Source: an uncultured Clostridia bacterium (GTDB lineage Bacteria > Bacillota > Clostridia > Christensenellales > CAG-314). From it: 64,000 nt of DNA. The stretch is from the NCBI GenBank assembly GCA_947628135.1, contig CANQYT010000004.1, positions 28,566 to 92,565 of the forward strand, given 5' to 3'. The notes under the pieces were generated by a model that was not told where the DNA came from, did no database searches, and saw only the letters and a list, made by a program, of their open reading frames with translations. Made by a program: the position numbers and the translations under genes. Of the stretch, positions 9,933 to 19,434 are shown piece by piece. How positions within the stretch are numbered: the stretch's first letter is position 1; each line of letters begins with the position of its first letter.

Positions 9933-10430
9933 ATGAAACTGAAAGTAGGAAGCGTTCTGAAAGCGCAGGGAATAAAGGGCGAAATCAAACTGTCGTGCTT
10001 TTTGGATGACCCCGCAATGCTTTGCGGAATATCCGAACTGTACGTCGGCACAAATTCCTATTCCGTCGAACATATACGTCCCGACGGCGCTTTTTGCTAC
10101 GTAAAATTTGCGGAAATAGCCGACAGGAACGCTGCGGAGGCTTTGCGCGGTTGGACGGTTTACGCCGACAAAAACAGCGTTCCGCTACCCGACGGACGGT
10201 ATTTCGTAGAGGATCTCGTGGGGTGTAACGTGGTTGCGGACGGCGAGTACGTCGGCACTGTAAACAACGTTCTTCAATACGGCGCGGCAGACGTTTTCGA
10301 ATGCGGTGGCGGCAAAAAGAAGGTCTCCTTTCCCTTTCTCAAAGACGTTGTACTTTCCGTCAACGTCGAACGAAAAACTATTTCGGTAGACGGCAAGCGT
10401 TTCGCGGAGGTGGCTGTGTATGAGGATTGA
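9933..10430 (+). CDS. rimM: 16S rRNA processing protein RimM
   Basis: MKLKVGSVLKAQGIKGEIKL is a typical RimM N-terminus. A PRC barrel forms the C-terminal part. Confidence 0.93.
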   Translation: MKLKVGSVLKAQGIKGEIKLSCFLDDPAMLCGISELYVGTNSYSVEHIRPDGAFCYVKFAEIADRNAAEALRGWTVYADKNSVPLPDGRYFVEDLVGCNVVADGEYVGTVNNVLQYGAADVFECGGGKKKVSFPFLKDVVLSVNVERKTISVDGKRFAEVAVYED

Positions 10431-11091
10431 CGTTTTGACGTTGTTTCCCGAAATGTTTGACGCTCTCAATGCGTCGCTTACGGGAAAAGCCCGCGAAAAA
10501 GGCTTGTACGAACTGCATTGCCACAACATACGCGATTACTCCAAGGACAAACACAAAAAGTGCGACGACGCCCCTTTCGGCGGCGGAGCGGGTATGGTTA
10601 TGATGCCGCAGCCTATTCACGACTGCATAGCGGCGGTAGACCCTTGCCACGAGGCGAAACGAATCTATCTGTCTCCGCGCGGAAAGGTACTTACGCAAAG
10701 TTTTGTGAGGGAACTTTCAGCGTTGCCGAGGTTGTTGCTGTTGTGCGGACACTACGAGGGTGTGGACCAGCGCGTGCTGGATCTGGACATAGATATGGAA
10801 TTATCCGTAGGCGATTACATACTTTCGGGCGGCGAGATCCCCGCAATGACGGTGATAGACAGTGTGTTGCGCTACGTACCCGACGTGTTGGGTAACAGCG
10901 AATCTACTGTGGACGAATCCTTTTCTCAACCGTTGTTGGAGTATCCGCAATATACGCGCCCGCAGGAATTTTGCGGAATGTGCGTTCCCGAAGTGCTTGT
11001 CAGCGGCGATCACGCAAAGGTGGATGTGTGGCGGCGCGAGCAATCTCTTGCAATTACGCGGGCAAACCGTCCCGATCTGTTGAACAAATGA
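10420..11091 (+). CDS. trmD: tRNA (guanine37-N1)-methyltransferase
   Basis: MRIDVLTLFPEMF and GHYEGVDQRV are TrmD signatures. Confidence 0.97.
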   Translation: MRIDVLTLFPEMFDALNASLTGKAREKGLYELHCHNIRDYSKDKHKKCDDAPFGGGAGMVMMPQPIHDCIAAVDPCHEAKRIYLSPRGKVLTQSFVRELSALPRLLLLCGHYEGVDQRVLDLDIDMELSVGDYILSGGEIPAMTVIDSVLRYVPDVLGNSESTVDESFSQPLLEYPQYTRPQEFCGMCVPEVLVSGDHAKVDVWRREQSLAITRANRPDLLNK

Positions 11092-11939
11092 TTATTCAGT
11101 GGTTTCCGGGGCATATGACGAAAGCGCTCCGAATGATGCAGGAAAACGTAAAGATCGTAGACGCAATAGGGTACGTGTTGGATGCGCGCGCCCCTTTGTG
11201 CTGTTTCAACCCGCAATTCAAATCCGTTGTTGGCAACAAGCCTTGCGTTTTCGTTCTGAACAAGTGCGACCTCGCCGACCCCGCAAAAACGGAACTTTGG
11301 TGCGATTTTTTTAGAGAGACAAATTCGCCTTTTGTAAAGGTTTCTGCTACTGCGTCGGCGGAGGCGGGTAAAATTGCCGCTGCTTTTGAATCTGTGACAG
11401 CGCCTCTCCGTGAAAAATACAAGGCAAAGGGCGTGTATAAGCCTGTCAGGTTTATGATAGTGGGCGTACCGAATTGCGGCAAGTCCACGATAATAAACTG
11501 TCTCGGCGGCAGAAAAACCGTCGTGACGGGAGACAGACCGGGCGTTACGAAAGGCAAGCAGTGGGTGAGACTGTCCTCGGGATTGGATTTGTTGGACACT
11601 CCCGGCACGCTGTGGCCGAAATTCGACGACGAAAAAACGGCTGCGCGGCTGTGTTTTATCGGCAGTATAAAGGACGACGTTACGGACATATACGAAGTGG
11701 CTCTCGCGCTGATAGAGGAGTTGGCTCAAACGTATCCGAACAGTCTTGAAAAGCGTTACAACGTTGTTTGCGATGGTGACGCGTCGGAAATTTTCCGCCG
11801 AATAGCCGTAAAACGCGGTTTTTTGATACGCGGAGGCGAAACGGATACCGAACGGTGCGCGGGTGCGATTTTGGACGACTTCCGCAAGGGAAGATTGGGG
11901 CGTATCACGTTCGATTTGCCGCCGAGCCTATCGGAATGA
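11088..11939 (+). CDS. rbgA: ribosome biogenesis GTPase A (YlqF)
   Basis: IQWFPGHMTKA and the circularly permuted GTPase motifs (NKCDL ... GVPNCGKST ... DTPG). The ATG overlaps the trmD stop (ATGA). Confidence 0.93.
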   Translation: MIIQWFPGHMTKALRMMQENVKIVDAIGYVLDARAPLCCFNPQFKSVVGNKPCVFVLNKCDLADPAKTELWCDFFRETNSPFVKVSATASAEAGKIAAAFESVTAPLREKYKAKGVYKPVRFMIVGVPNCGKSTIINCLGGRKTVVTGDRPGVTKGKQWVRLSSGLDLLDTPGTLWPKFDDEKTAARLCFIGSIKDDVTDIYEVALALIEELAQTYPNSLEKRYNVVCDGDASEIFRRIAVKRGFLIRGGETDTERCAGAILDDFRKGRLGRITFDLPPSLSE

Positions 11940-11978
11940 TTTTTGAAAGAGCGTTGAGACATACGGGGGTTGACTTTT

Positions 11979-12578
11979 ATGACGGATATGTTTCTCTTTG
12001 AACGGGAACAGCAAGCGATCGGCAGACGTTACATAGCGGGAATCGACGAGGCGGGCAGAGGTCCGCTTGCGGGTCCTGTCGTGGTAGCGGGAGTAGTTAT
12101 GCCGCTCGATGACGTAGTGGAAGGCGTAAACGACAGCAAAAAGTTGTCCGCAAAAAAGCGAGACGAACTGTTTGACAAAATTACTGCAAAAGCGCTGGAC
12201 GTTCAGATAGCAATCATCGACAACGAAACTATCGACGAAGTGAATATACTCAACGCAACAAAGCGCGGAATGGAGCGTTGCATATACGGTTTCGAAAAAG
12301 TCGACGTGGTGCTGATCGACGCAGTAAAGTTGAACTTAACCGTCCCGACGCTTTCCATTGTACACGGCGACGCACTGAGTTACAGTATCGCTGCGGCAAG
12401 TATCGTAGCAAAAGTCACGCGGGACAGAATTATGATGGAGTATGATGCGCGTTATCCCGAATACGGATTTGCTCAACACAAAGGTTACGGCACAAAAGCG
12501 CATATTGAGGCGTTGAAAAAGTACGGTCCTTGTCCGATACATCGCAGAACGTTCATAGGACATTTCGTGCAGTTATGA
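11979..12578 (+). CDS. rnhB: ribonuclease HII
   Basis: IAGIDEAGRGPLAGPVV and DSKKLS motifs. ATG at 11979 follows a GGGGG RBS. The ORF is open from TTG at 11970. Confidence 0.95.
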   Translation: MTDMFLFEREQQAIGRRYIAGIDEAGRGPLAGPVVVAGVVMPLDDVVEGVNDSKKLSAKKRDELFDKITAKALDVQIAIIDNETIDEVNILNATKRGMERCIYGFEKVDVVLIDAVKLNLTVPTLSIVHGDALSYSIAAASIVAKVTRDRIMMEYDARYPEYGFAQHKGYGTKAHIEALKKYGPCPIHRRTFIGHFVQL

Positions 12579-12919
12579 ATACGCGTGCGGAAGGTAGGCG
12601 CGGAGAACAACTTGCCGCGCGTTTTCTTTCAAAAAAAGGTTACAAAGTGGTGGAACGCAACTTTGTTTGCCGTTTCGGTGAAATAGACATCGTTGCTCTT
12701 GACGGCGACACGGTAGTTTTTACCGAGGTAAAATACCGCAAAAACGACAAATTCGGTATGCCTCGCGAAGCGGTGGACCGTCGTAAACAAAAGACAATCG
12801 AGCAATGCGCCGCATATTGGTTGTACAAGAATTCGCTGACGGGCGTACCTGCGCGCTTTGACGTGGTGGAATTGATTGGTTCGGAAGTCAATCATCTTAT
12901 CGACGCATTTCGTCCTTGA
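12575..12919 (+). CDS. YraN family (UPF0102) endonuclease-like protein
   Basis: GEQLAARFLSKKGYKVVERNFVCRFGEIDIVA is the YraN signature. The ATG overlaps the rnhB stop. Confidence 0.85.
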   Translation: MNTRAEGRRGEQLAARFLSKKGYKVVERNFVCRFGEIDIVALDGDTVVFTEVKYRKNDKFGMPREAVDRRKQKTIEQCAAYWLYKNSLTGVPARFDVVELIGSEVNHLIDAFRP

Positions 12920-12966
12920 TAAACAAGTTTTTTTTGCACTGTACAATGACGAAAAACGCGAAAATA

Positions 12967-12992
12967 TAGAATACTATTTGTGACATAGTATT
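12967..12992 (+). repeat. dispersed promoter-like repeat, copy C (partial)
   Basis: tagaatactatttgtgacatagtatt shares the core agaatactattt-N2-gacata-N-tat with the copies at 28586-28635 and 56021-56072. Confidence 0.6.
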
Positions 12993-13094
12993 AAAAAATC
13001 ACTGATTTTTGCCCTTGGGAACGTTTGAACGGTTGTTTTTCTCTTTAATACGGGTAATTTGCAAAAATTCATTTTGCAAGATAGTTGAAAACAG

Positions 13095-13123
13095 TTGCTA
13101 AAAAAATCGGCTTATGTTACAAT
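13095..13123 (+). promoter_or_regulatory. sigma-A-type promoter for rplS
   Basis: TTGCTA at 13095-13100, 17-nt spacer, TGtTACAAT extended -10 (13118-13123). An 83-nt leader follows and may correspond to an L19 autoregulatory leader, which I could not verify. Confidence 0.5.
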
Positions 13124-13206
13124 ATATCAGTGACTTCGGGCGGTCCTCTGACTTTACGATAGTGTATGAACGCTTAGTTAACAAAATAATTTGGAGGAAA
13201 AGTCAA

Positions 13207-13545
13207 ATGGACATCATCAAACAAATCGAGTCGGAATCTTTGAGAGAAGTAGCCGAATTCAGCGTGGGCGACACCGTACGCGTCAACTTCAAAGTTATCG
13301 AAGGTAACAAAGAAAGAATTCAGGCATACGAGGGTATTGTCATCGCACGCAAGCACGGCGGTCTGCGCGAGACGTTTACCGTCAGACGTATTTCCAACGG
13401 TATCGGCGTTGAAAGAACGTTCCCCGTTCACAGCCCCAAGATCGAAAGCATCATCGTTGTCCGCAAGGGCGATGTGCGCCGCGCCAAGTTGTACTACCTG
13501 CGCGAACGTACAGGTAAAGCCGCCAAGGTTAAAACGCAAAGATAA
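13207..13545 (+). CDS. rplS: 50S ribosomal protein L19
   Basis: [58 protein letters not shown] precedes the start. Confidence 0.97.
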   Translation: MDIIKQIESESLREVAEFSVGDTVRVNFKVIEGNKERIQAYEGIVIARKHGGLRETFTVRRISNGIGVERTFPVHSPKIESIIVVRKGDVRRAKLYYLRERTGKAAKVKTQR

Positions 13546-13561
13546 CTTCCGACAAATACAG

Positions 13562-13583
13562 GCGACCGTTCGGTCGCTTTTTT
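13562..13583 (+). terminator. intrinsic terminator after rplS
   Basis: gcgacc-gttc-ggtcgc hairpin followed by TTTTTT. Confidence 0.7.
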
Positions 13584-13613
13584 GTTGCCGCAAAAACTTT
13601 TGTGCGTTTAATT

Positions 13614-14200
13614 GTGACATTGTACGCAGAGCAAATAGTGTAGATTTAGTGAAGTGCTTATTTCCTACTTGCTTTTCTAATAGTTATTCCCGTTTCCGCA
13701 GCAAAGTTTTTTACTTTTACGAATTATACAGTCAAATATTTTGAAACAAGTTTTGGTTTATTTTCAAACATAGTCAAGTGTTCGGCTATTTTTTTTTCTG
13801 TTACACAAATTTAGTATTTTTTACAACAACTTTTTCCGTGTAAGTGACATTGAACGCAGAGTAAATAGTGTGGTTTTGGCGTAATTTGCTTTTTCCCCAC
13901 TTCTTTTTCCGATAGTGTTTCACGTATCCGCAGCAAAGATTTTTACCTTTTATGAATTTTACAGCCAAATATTTTGAAACACGCTTTTTTTTATTCTCAA
14001 ACATAGTCAAGTGTTCGGCTATTTTTTTTTCTGTTACACAAATTTAGTATTTTTTTACAACAACTTTTTCCGTGTAAGTGACATTGAACGCAGAGTAAAT
14101 AGTGTGGTTTTAGCGTAATAGTGCGTATTTCCGCTTACTGTTTTCAATAGCGTCTGCCTTTCTCGTGACAAGGTTTTTGCCGATTTTCATATATAAACGT
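13614..14200. repeat. tandem repeat, about 230-bp unit, 2 full copies plus a partial third
   Basis: Units begin with gtgacattg-acgcagag-aaatagtgt at 13614, 13844 and 14078 (periods 230 and 234). The unit ends and junctions are near-identical while the centres are diverged. Confidence 0.85.
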
Positions 14201-14322
14201 TACTTGAAAACTTTTTGTTCAGACTAAAACAATTTTTTGTCCTCAAACTTTGCTGCCGTCTGTTTGACAAAGTATTTTTTGACAATTGCCTGCCGTTGAT
14301 ATATTTCATCATAGTTTTCGGT

Positions 14323-14334
14323 GGGGGGGGGGGG
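14323..14334 (+). repeat. G12 homopolymer tract (intergenic)
   Basis: 12 consecutive G on the + strand, counted directly. Confidence 0.95.
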
Positions 14335-14543
14335 CGGCTTCGTCGGCGACTCGGAAATTTCTTGTGTGACGCGCGCAAGAATTTCGATGTGCGTGGGTGG
14401 CTGTTTGTATCTTGAAAAAAACGGTCTGTACGGCAAGCGCGGCAGGTTTGATTTCAATGTGGAATAAAGGCTCGCAAGATAAACTTATTCAACATTTAAT
14501 TTTGTTTAAGATTAAATTCATAAATAATTATTATCAAAAGTTC

Positions 14544-14572
14544 TTGCTAAATTTCTTTTTGCCGTTTATACT
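14544..14572 (+). promoter_or_regulatory. sigma-A-type promoter for comM-dprA-topA
   Basis: TTGCTA at 14544-14549, 17-nt spacer, TATACT at 14567-14572, 33 nt before the ATG at 14605. Confidence 0.45.
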
Positions 14573-14604
14573 TATAAACAGATATTTTTCCCGTGGAGAA
14601 TCTT

Positions 14605-16128
14605 ATGCTTGCAGTGATAAAAAGTTACGGGCTGAAAGGACTGGAAGGATTTCCCGTTTCGGCGGAGATTGATATGCATTCAGGGATACCGTCCTACGAC
14701 ATAGTCGGACTCGCCGATACGGCGGTAAAGGAATCGAAAGAGCGCGTTCGTTCGGCTATGAAAAACAGCGGTTACCAATATCCCGTTGCGGCGGTGGTAG
14801 TCAACCTTGCGCCTGCCGACATCAAAAAGGAAGGCAGTTTGTACGATCTGCCCATAGCGATAGGAATGCTCGCCGCAAGTAAGCAGATACCCTACGAAGC
14901 GCTGAAAAAAGCCGTTGTGTTGGGCGAACTTTCCCTCAACGGCAAGGTTCGTAAAGTAAACGGTTTGCTTCCGATGATTATCACTGCGGTGCAACAGGGA
15001 GAAAAAGTTTTCGTGATCCCCAAAGAAAACGTCGGAGAGGCGGTGTTTATCGAGGGCGCGACAATATACCCCGTTGAGACGCTTCGCGAAGCGGTGGAAT
15101 TACTTACGGGGCAGAAAGATATCCCGCCTTTGACTATCCGCAGTTGGAAAAACGATCTGGAATTCAATCACAGCGACAACGACTTCAAGTATATCAAAGG
15201 TCAGTATGCCGCAAAACGCGCTATGGAGATAGCCGTTGCGGGCGGACACAACATAATTATGATAGGACCTCCCGGCGCGGGCAAAACGATGCTGGCGCGC
15301 GCAGTGCCGTCGATTATGCCCAATCTCACCTTCGAAGAAGCGTTGGAAGTGGCTAAGATACACAGCGTGTCGGGTCAGTTGGACGGGTTTATCTACGAAA
15401 GACCTTTCCGCACTCCGCATCACTCGTCTACTATGGTGGCGTTGACGGGCGGCGGCAACAAAGCGCGCCCCGGTGAGATAAGTCTGGCGCACAACGGCGT
15501 TCTGTTTCTTGACGAACTGCCCGAATACAGCCGTCAGACCTTGGAAACGTTGCGGCAACCGTTGGAGGACGGGGTTATCACCGTGTCGCGTAACGCCGTT
15601 TCGGTGACGTATCCCGCCGATTTTATGCTTATCGCAAGTATGAACCCTTGCCCTTGCGGCAATTACGGAAGCGCAACGGCGGAGTGTACTTGTACAGCTT
15701 CGCAGATACATAGGTATCTGAACAAACTTTCAGGACCTTTGCTCGACCGAATAGACATTCACATCGAAGTGGACAACGTCGGTTTCGGCGAATTGCAGGA
15801 GGACGCTTTTGCCGAACCGTCTGCCGTTATACGGGAACGCGTCAACAAGGCGAGGGAAATTCAACTTGCCCGTCTGTCTCCCTATGGACGCCGTTGCAAC
15901 GCGCAAATGACTTCCGCGGACATAAAGCGGTTTTGCAAGACGGACAAACAGAGTGCGGAGTTGTTGGAAAATTCCTTCAAAAAACTCAATCTTACGGCGC
16001 GCGCGTACAATCGTATTCTGAAAGTGGCGCGTACGATCGCCGATCTGGACGGGGCGGAGAACATCGCCGTCAAGCACGTGGCGGAATCGTTGCAGTACCG
16101 TCAGTTGGACAGAAAATACAGGGTTTGA
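14605..16128 (+). CDS. comM: Mg-chelatase-like AAA+ protein ComM/YifB
   Basis: N-terminal Lon-like domain, Walker A GPPGAGKTMLA, Walker B LFLDELPE, C-terminal ChlI domain. Confidence 0.93.
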   Translation: MLAVIKSYGLKGLEGFPVSAEIDMHSGIPSYDIVGLADTAVKESKERVRSAMKNSGYQYPVAAVVVNLAPADIKKEGSLYDLPIAIGMLAASKQIPYEALKKAVVLGELSLNGKVRKVNGLLPMIITAVQQGEKVFVIPKENVGEAVFIEGATIYPVETLREAVELLTGQKDIPPLTIRSWKNDLEFNHSDNDFKYIKGQYAAKRAMEIAVAGGHNIIMIGPPGAGKTMLARAVPSIMPNLTFEEALEVAKIHSVSGQLDGFIYERPFRTPHHSSTMVALTGGGNKARPGEISLAHNGVLFLDELPEYSRQTLETLRQPLEDGVITVSRNAVSVTYPADFMLIASMNPCPCGNYGSATAECTCTASQIHRYLNKLSGPLLDRIDIHIEVDNVGFGELQEDAFAEPSAVIRERVNKAREIQLARLSPYGRRCNAQMTSADIKRFCKTDKQSAELLENSFKKLNLTARAYNRILKVARTIADLDGAENIAVKHVAESLQYRQLDRKYRV

Positions 16129-16129
16129 T

Positions 16130-17218
16130 ATGTACACGGCAGAGGAAAAAATTTGCATACTAATGGGCGAATCGGGCGTGTCCTCCTCCAAATTCTTTCA
16201 GGTTTGGAGTCTTTTCGACGGCGCGGAAGATTTGACGGCGAATTTCGACAAACGCGAGGAAGTAAAGACCATTCTTGGCGGCAGTTATTCGGCGGTTTCC
16301 GGTGCGTTGAAAAAGCGGCAGTTTGACAAAAGCGTCGAGCGTATGTACAAATATTCCGTCAGCGCGGTTACGTATTTTTCTTCGGACTACCCCGAAACGC
16401 TGAGAGAGATAGACGAGAGACCCTACGTTTTGTTTTGTAAAGGCAACGTCAAATTGCTTTCGTCTCAGTGCCTTGCCGTCGTCGGAACGCGCAAAGCGTC
16501 GTCGTACGGGCGGCGTGTAACCAAAGATTTTACCGCTGTTTTGAGCGATTACTTCACGATAGTCAGCGGATTGGCTTACGGAGTGGACAGCATAGCGCAC
16601 GAAACGACCCTGGAAGAGCGCGGCAACACGATAGCGGTGCTGGGCGGAGGCTTGATAAATGTCTACCCCGCCGCAAATCAGGGTTTGGCGGACAGAATAG
16701 TGCAGAACGGCGGTTTGCTCGTTTCGGAATACGGCGTGGAAGCACAACCGTTTGCGTACCGTTTTCCCCATCGCAACCGTATAGTGTCGGGATTGTCCAA
16801 GGGCGTTCTCGTGTGTCAAGCCCCGCTCAAAAGCGGCACAAATTCCACGGTGGAACTTGCGCTCAATCAGGGGCGGGACGTGTTCGTAGTACCGGGAGAA
16901 ATTTATGACGTAGGCTACGGCGGAAGCAACAGTCTGATAAAGTCCGTTCAGGGCGCGTGCGTCACAACGCCGAGAGATATTCTGGATTTTTACGGATTGG
17001 ACAGAGGCGAATCGGCAAAAGAAACTTATCAGATGAGTATCGAAGAACAGGCGATAGTCAACGCTTTGTCCGTTGGTCAGTTGTCTTTTGACGAACTTGT
17101 AATACAAACGGGAATATCTCCCGCCGAACTTAATTTTTTGTTGGCAAATTTGGAATTAAGGAGTATAATTGCTAAGTTGGCAGGCAACGCCTACCGACTT
17201 TATGGAGGAATTGAATGA
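16130..17218 (+). CDS. dprA: DNA processing protein DprA (Smf)
   Basis: Rossmann-like DprA core (VVGTRKASSYG ... SGLAYGVDSIAH ... NRIVSGLS). Confidence 0.93.
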   Translation: MYTAEEKICILMGESGVSSSKFFQVWSLFDGAEDLTANFDKREEVKTILGGSYSAVSGALKKRQFDKSVERMYKYSVSAVTYFSSDYPETLREIDERPYVLFCKGNVKLLSSQCLAVVGTRKASSYGRRVTKDFTAVLSDYFTIVSGLAYGVDSIAHETTLEERGNTIAVLGGGLINVYPAANQGLADRIVQNGGLLVSEYGVEAQPFAYRFPHRNRIVSGLSKGVLVCQAPLKSGTNSTVELALNQGRDVFVVPGEIYDVGYGGSNSLIKSVQGACVTTPRDILDFYGLDRGESAKETYQMSIEEQAIVNALSVGQLSFDELVIQTGISPAELNFLLANLELRSIIAKLAGNAYRLYGGIE

Positions 17219-19434
17219 AACTTGTTATTGTCGAGTCCCCTGCAAAGGCGAAAACAATAGGTAAATATCTCGGTCCTGATTACCGCGTGGACGCTTCGCG
17301 CGGACATATCTGGGATCTGCCCGACAAGGAAATGGGCATAGATTTCGATCACAACTACGAACCGTCGCTTGAAGCGCGCAAACCGGAACAGCGCGAGACG
17401 ATAGAACGCTTGAAAAAGGAAGTCGCCAAGGCGGAAACGGTTTATCTTGCAACCGACCCGGATCGCGAAGGCGAGGCTATATCCTATCACCTTCAATGCG
17501 CGCTCAATCTCGACCCCAACGCAAAAAACCGTATTATGTTCAACGAGATATCAAAAAAGGCGGTCAACCACGCTATCGAGCATCCCGACTACATAAACAA
17601 GGGTCTGGTGGAGGCGCAGCAGGCACGGCGCGTTTTGGACAGATTGGTCGGCTACACGCTTTCGCCTGTTCTGTGCAAAAAAATAACAAACAAACTGTCC
17701 GCGGGACGGGTGCAGTCGGCTGCGCTCAGAATAATAGTGGACCGCGAAAAAGAGATAAAGAAATTCAAACCGGAAGAATTCTGGCACGTATCCGCGCTGT
17801 TGGAAAAACCCAAAAGCAAACCGCAATTCAAAGCGGTATTGACGGAAATCGGCGGCAAAAAAGTCAAATTGAAAAACAAAGAGCAATGCGACGCGGCGCT
17901 CGCAACTCTCAACGGAAACGAGTACGTCGTTTCTTCCGTAAAAAAATCCGTTACGCAATCGCGCCCGCAACCGCCCTTTACCACAAGTACTATGCAACAG
18001 GACGCAGTCAACAAACTGCGTATGTCCAGCAGCGTCGCTATGTCTGTGGCGCAGCAGTTGTACGAGGGCATAGACATAGCGGGTCTGGGACACGTCGCAT
18101 TGGTCACTTACATTCGTACGGACTCCGTGCGCGTTTCCACGGACGCTGTTTTCGCCGCGCGTGAAAGAATTGCGGCGGTGTACGGTCCGAAATACGTCCC
18201 CGACAAACCCAACGTCTACGCCACGAAAAAACAAGCGCAGGACGCGCACGAGGCGATTCGTCCCATCAATTTGGAAATAACGCCCGAATCCGTCAGGGAC
18301 AAGGTACAACGCAATCAATATTTGCTTTACAAACTTATCTACGAGCGTTTTCTCGCAAGTCAAGCCGTTCCCGCCCTGTTCAACAGCGTGTCGGTGGCAA
18401 TCTCCTGCGGAAATTGCGGACTGACCGCGACGGGCAGGACTCCCGTTTTCGACGGTTATCTTGCCATCTACGGCGAAACGAAAACCAAGGACAAGGAAGA
18501 GGACGAAAACGCCGCGCTTCCCGTATTGGAAACGGGCGACAAACTTAAACTCGTCAAACTTACCGACGAACAGCGCTTCACCAAACCGCCCGCGCGTTAC
18601 ACCGAAGCGAGCATAATCAAAGCGATGGAAGAAAAGGGCATAGGTCGTCCCAGCACTTACGCGACGATTATGCAGACGCTCTACAAACGCGAATACGTAA
18701 CGAAAGACGGCAAATCGCTTGTGCCAAGCAATCTCGGTATTCAAGTCACAGACTATCTGCAAAAATACTTCGCGGAGGTGGTAGATGTGCAGTTTACCGC
18801 CGAAATGGAGGACAGATTGGACGCGATAGAGGACAACGGCGAACCTTGGTACAAGGTCGTGGACAGTTTTTACAAGCCGCTTATTCGGGAAGTGGACGTT
18901 GCTATGCATTCCCACAAAGTGGCTGTACAGGACGAAGTGTCCGACGTCGTGTGCGACAAATGTGGCGCGCCGATGGTGGTAAAGACGGGCAGATACGGAA
19001 AATATCTTGCGTGCAGCAACTATCCGAATTGCTCCAACATAAAGAGCCTCAAAGAAAAGACTCCCCCAAAACCAACGGACATCGTGTGCGAGATATGCGG
19101 CGCAAAGATGTTGGAACGGCAGGGAAAATACGGCAAGTACCTTTCTTGCAGCAATTATCCCGCTTGCCGAAACACAAAACCGATAACGGAAGTGGTCGCA
19201 AAGTGTCCGAAATGCGGCAAAGACGTGACTAAACGCGTGTCCAAACGCGGTATCGTTTTTTACGGGTGTACGGGCTATCCCAACTGCGATTTCGTTTCGT
19301 GGGACGTTCCTACGGGAAAGTTGTGCCCGAAGTGCGGAGCGCACCTTGTGTACAAAACGTTGCGCGGTAAAAAGTATATTCGCTGTTCCAACAAGGAGTG
19401 CGACTTCGACGGCGGTGAAGTAAGTGAAAGTTAA
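17215..19434 (+). CDS. topA: DNA topoisomerase I
   Basis: TOPRIM (KLVIVESPAKAKTIGKYLG, ATDPDREGEAI), the catalytic Tyr region (TYIRTDS) and three C-terminal CxxC zinc ribbons. Confidence 0.98.
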   Translation: MKLVIVESPAKAKTIGKYLGPDYRVDASRGHIWDLPDKEMGIDFDHNYEPSLEARKPEQRETIERLKKEVAKAETVYLATDPDREGEAISYHLQCALNLDPNAKNRIMFNEISKKAVNHAIEHPDYINKGLVEAQQARRVLDRLVGYTLSPVLCKKITNKLSAGRVQSAALRIIVDREKEIKKFKPEEFWHVSALLEKPKSKPQFKAVLTEIGGKKVKLKNKEQCDAALATLNGNEYVVSSVKKSVTQSRPQPPFTTSTMQQDAVNKLRMSSSVAMSVAQQLYEGIDIAGLGHVALVTYIRTDSVRVSTDAVFAARERIAAVYGPKYVPDKPNVYATKKQAQDAHEAIRPINLEITPESVRDKVQRNQYLLYKLIYERFLASQAVPALFNSVSVAISCGNCGLTATGRTPVFDGYLAIYGETKTKDKEEDENAALPVLETGDKLKLVKLTDEQRFTKPPARYTEASIIKAMEEKGIGRPSTYATIMQTLYKREYVTKDGKSLVPSNLGIQVTDYLQKYFAEVVDVQFTAEMEDRLDAIEDNGEPWYKVVDSFYKPLIREVDVAMHSHKVAVQDEVSDVVCDKCGAPMVVKTGRYGKYLACSNYPNCSNIKSLKEKTPPKPTDIVCEICGAKMLERQGKYGKYLSCSNYPACRNTKPITEVVAKCPKCGKDVTKRVSKRGIVFYGCTGYPNCDFVSWDVPTGKLCPKCGAHLVYKTLRGKKYIRCSNKECDFDGGEVSES

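Noticed and set aside
13614-14200. Possible CRISPR array (also considered for 32287-32860).
   Set aside because: The repeat units are 230-265 bp and directly abutting. There is no alternation of 25-40-bp direct repeats with unique spacers, and no cas genes are in the window.
14187-14457. Small ORFs crossing the G12 tract (PPPPP on the minus strand, GGGG on the + strand).
   Set aside because: The homopolymer simply translates to poly-Pro or poly-Gly. They have no RBS, no recognisable fold, and the overlapping frames are mutually inconsistent.
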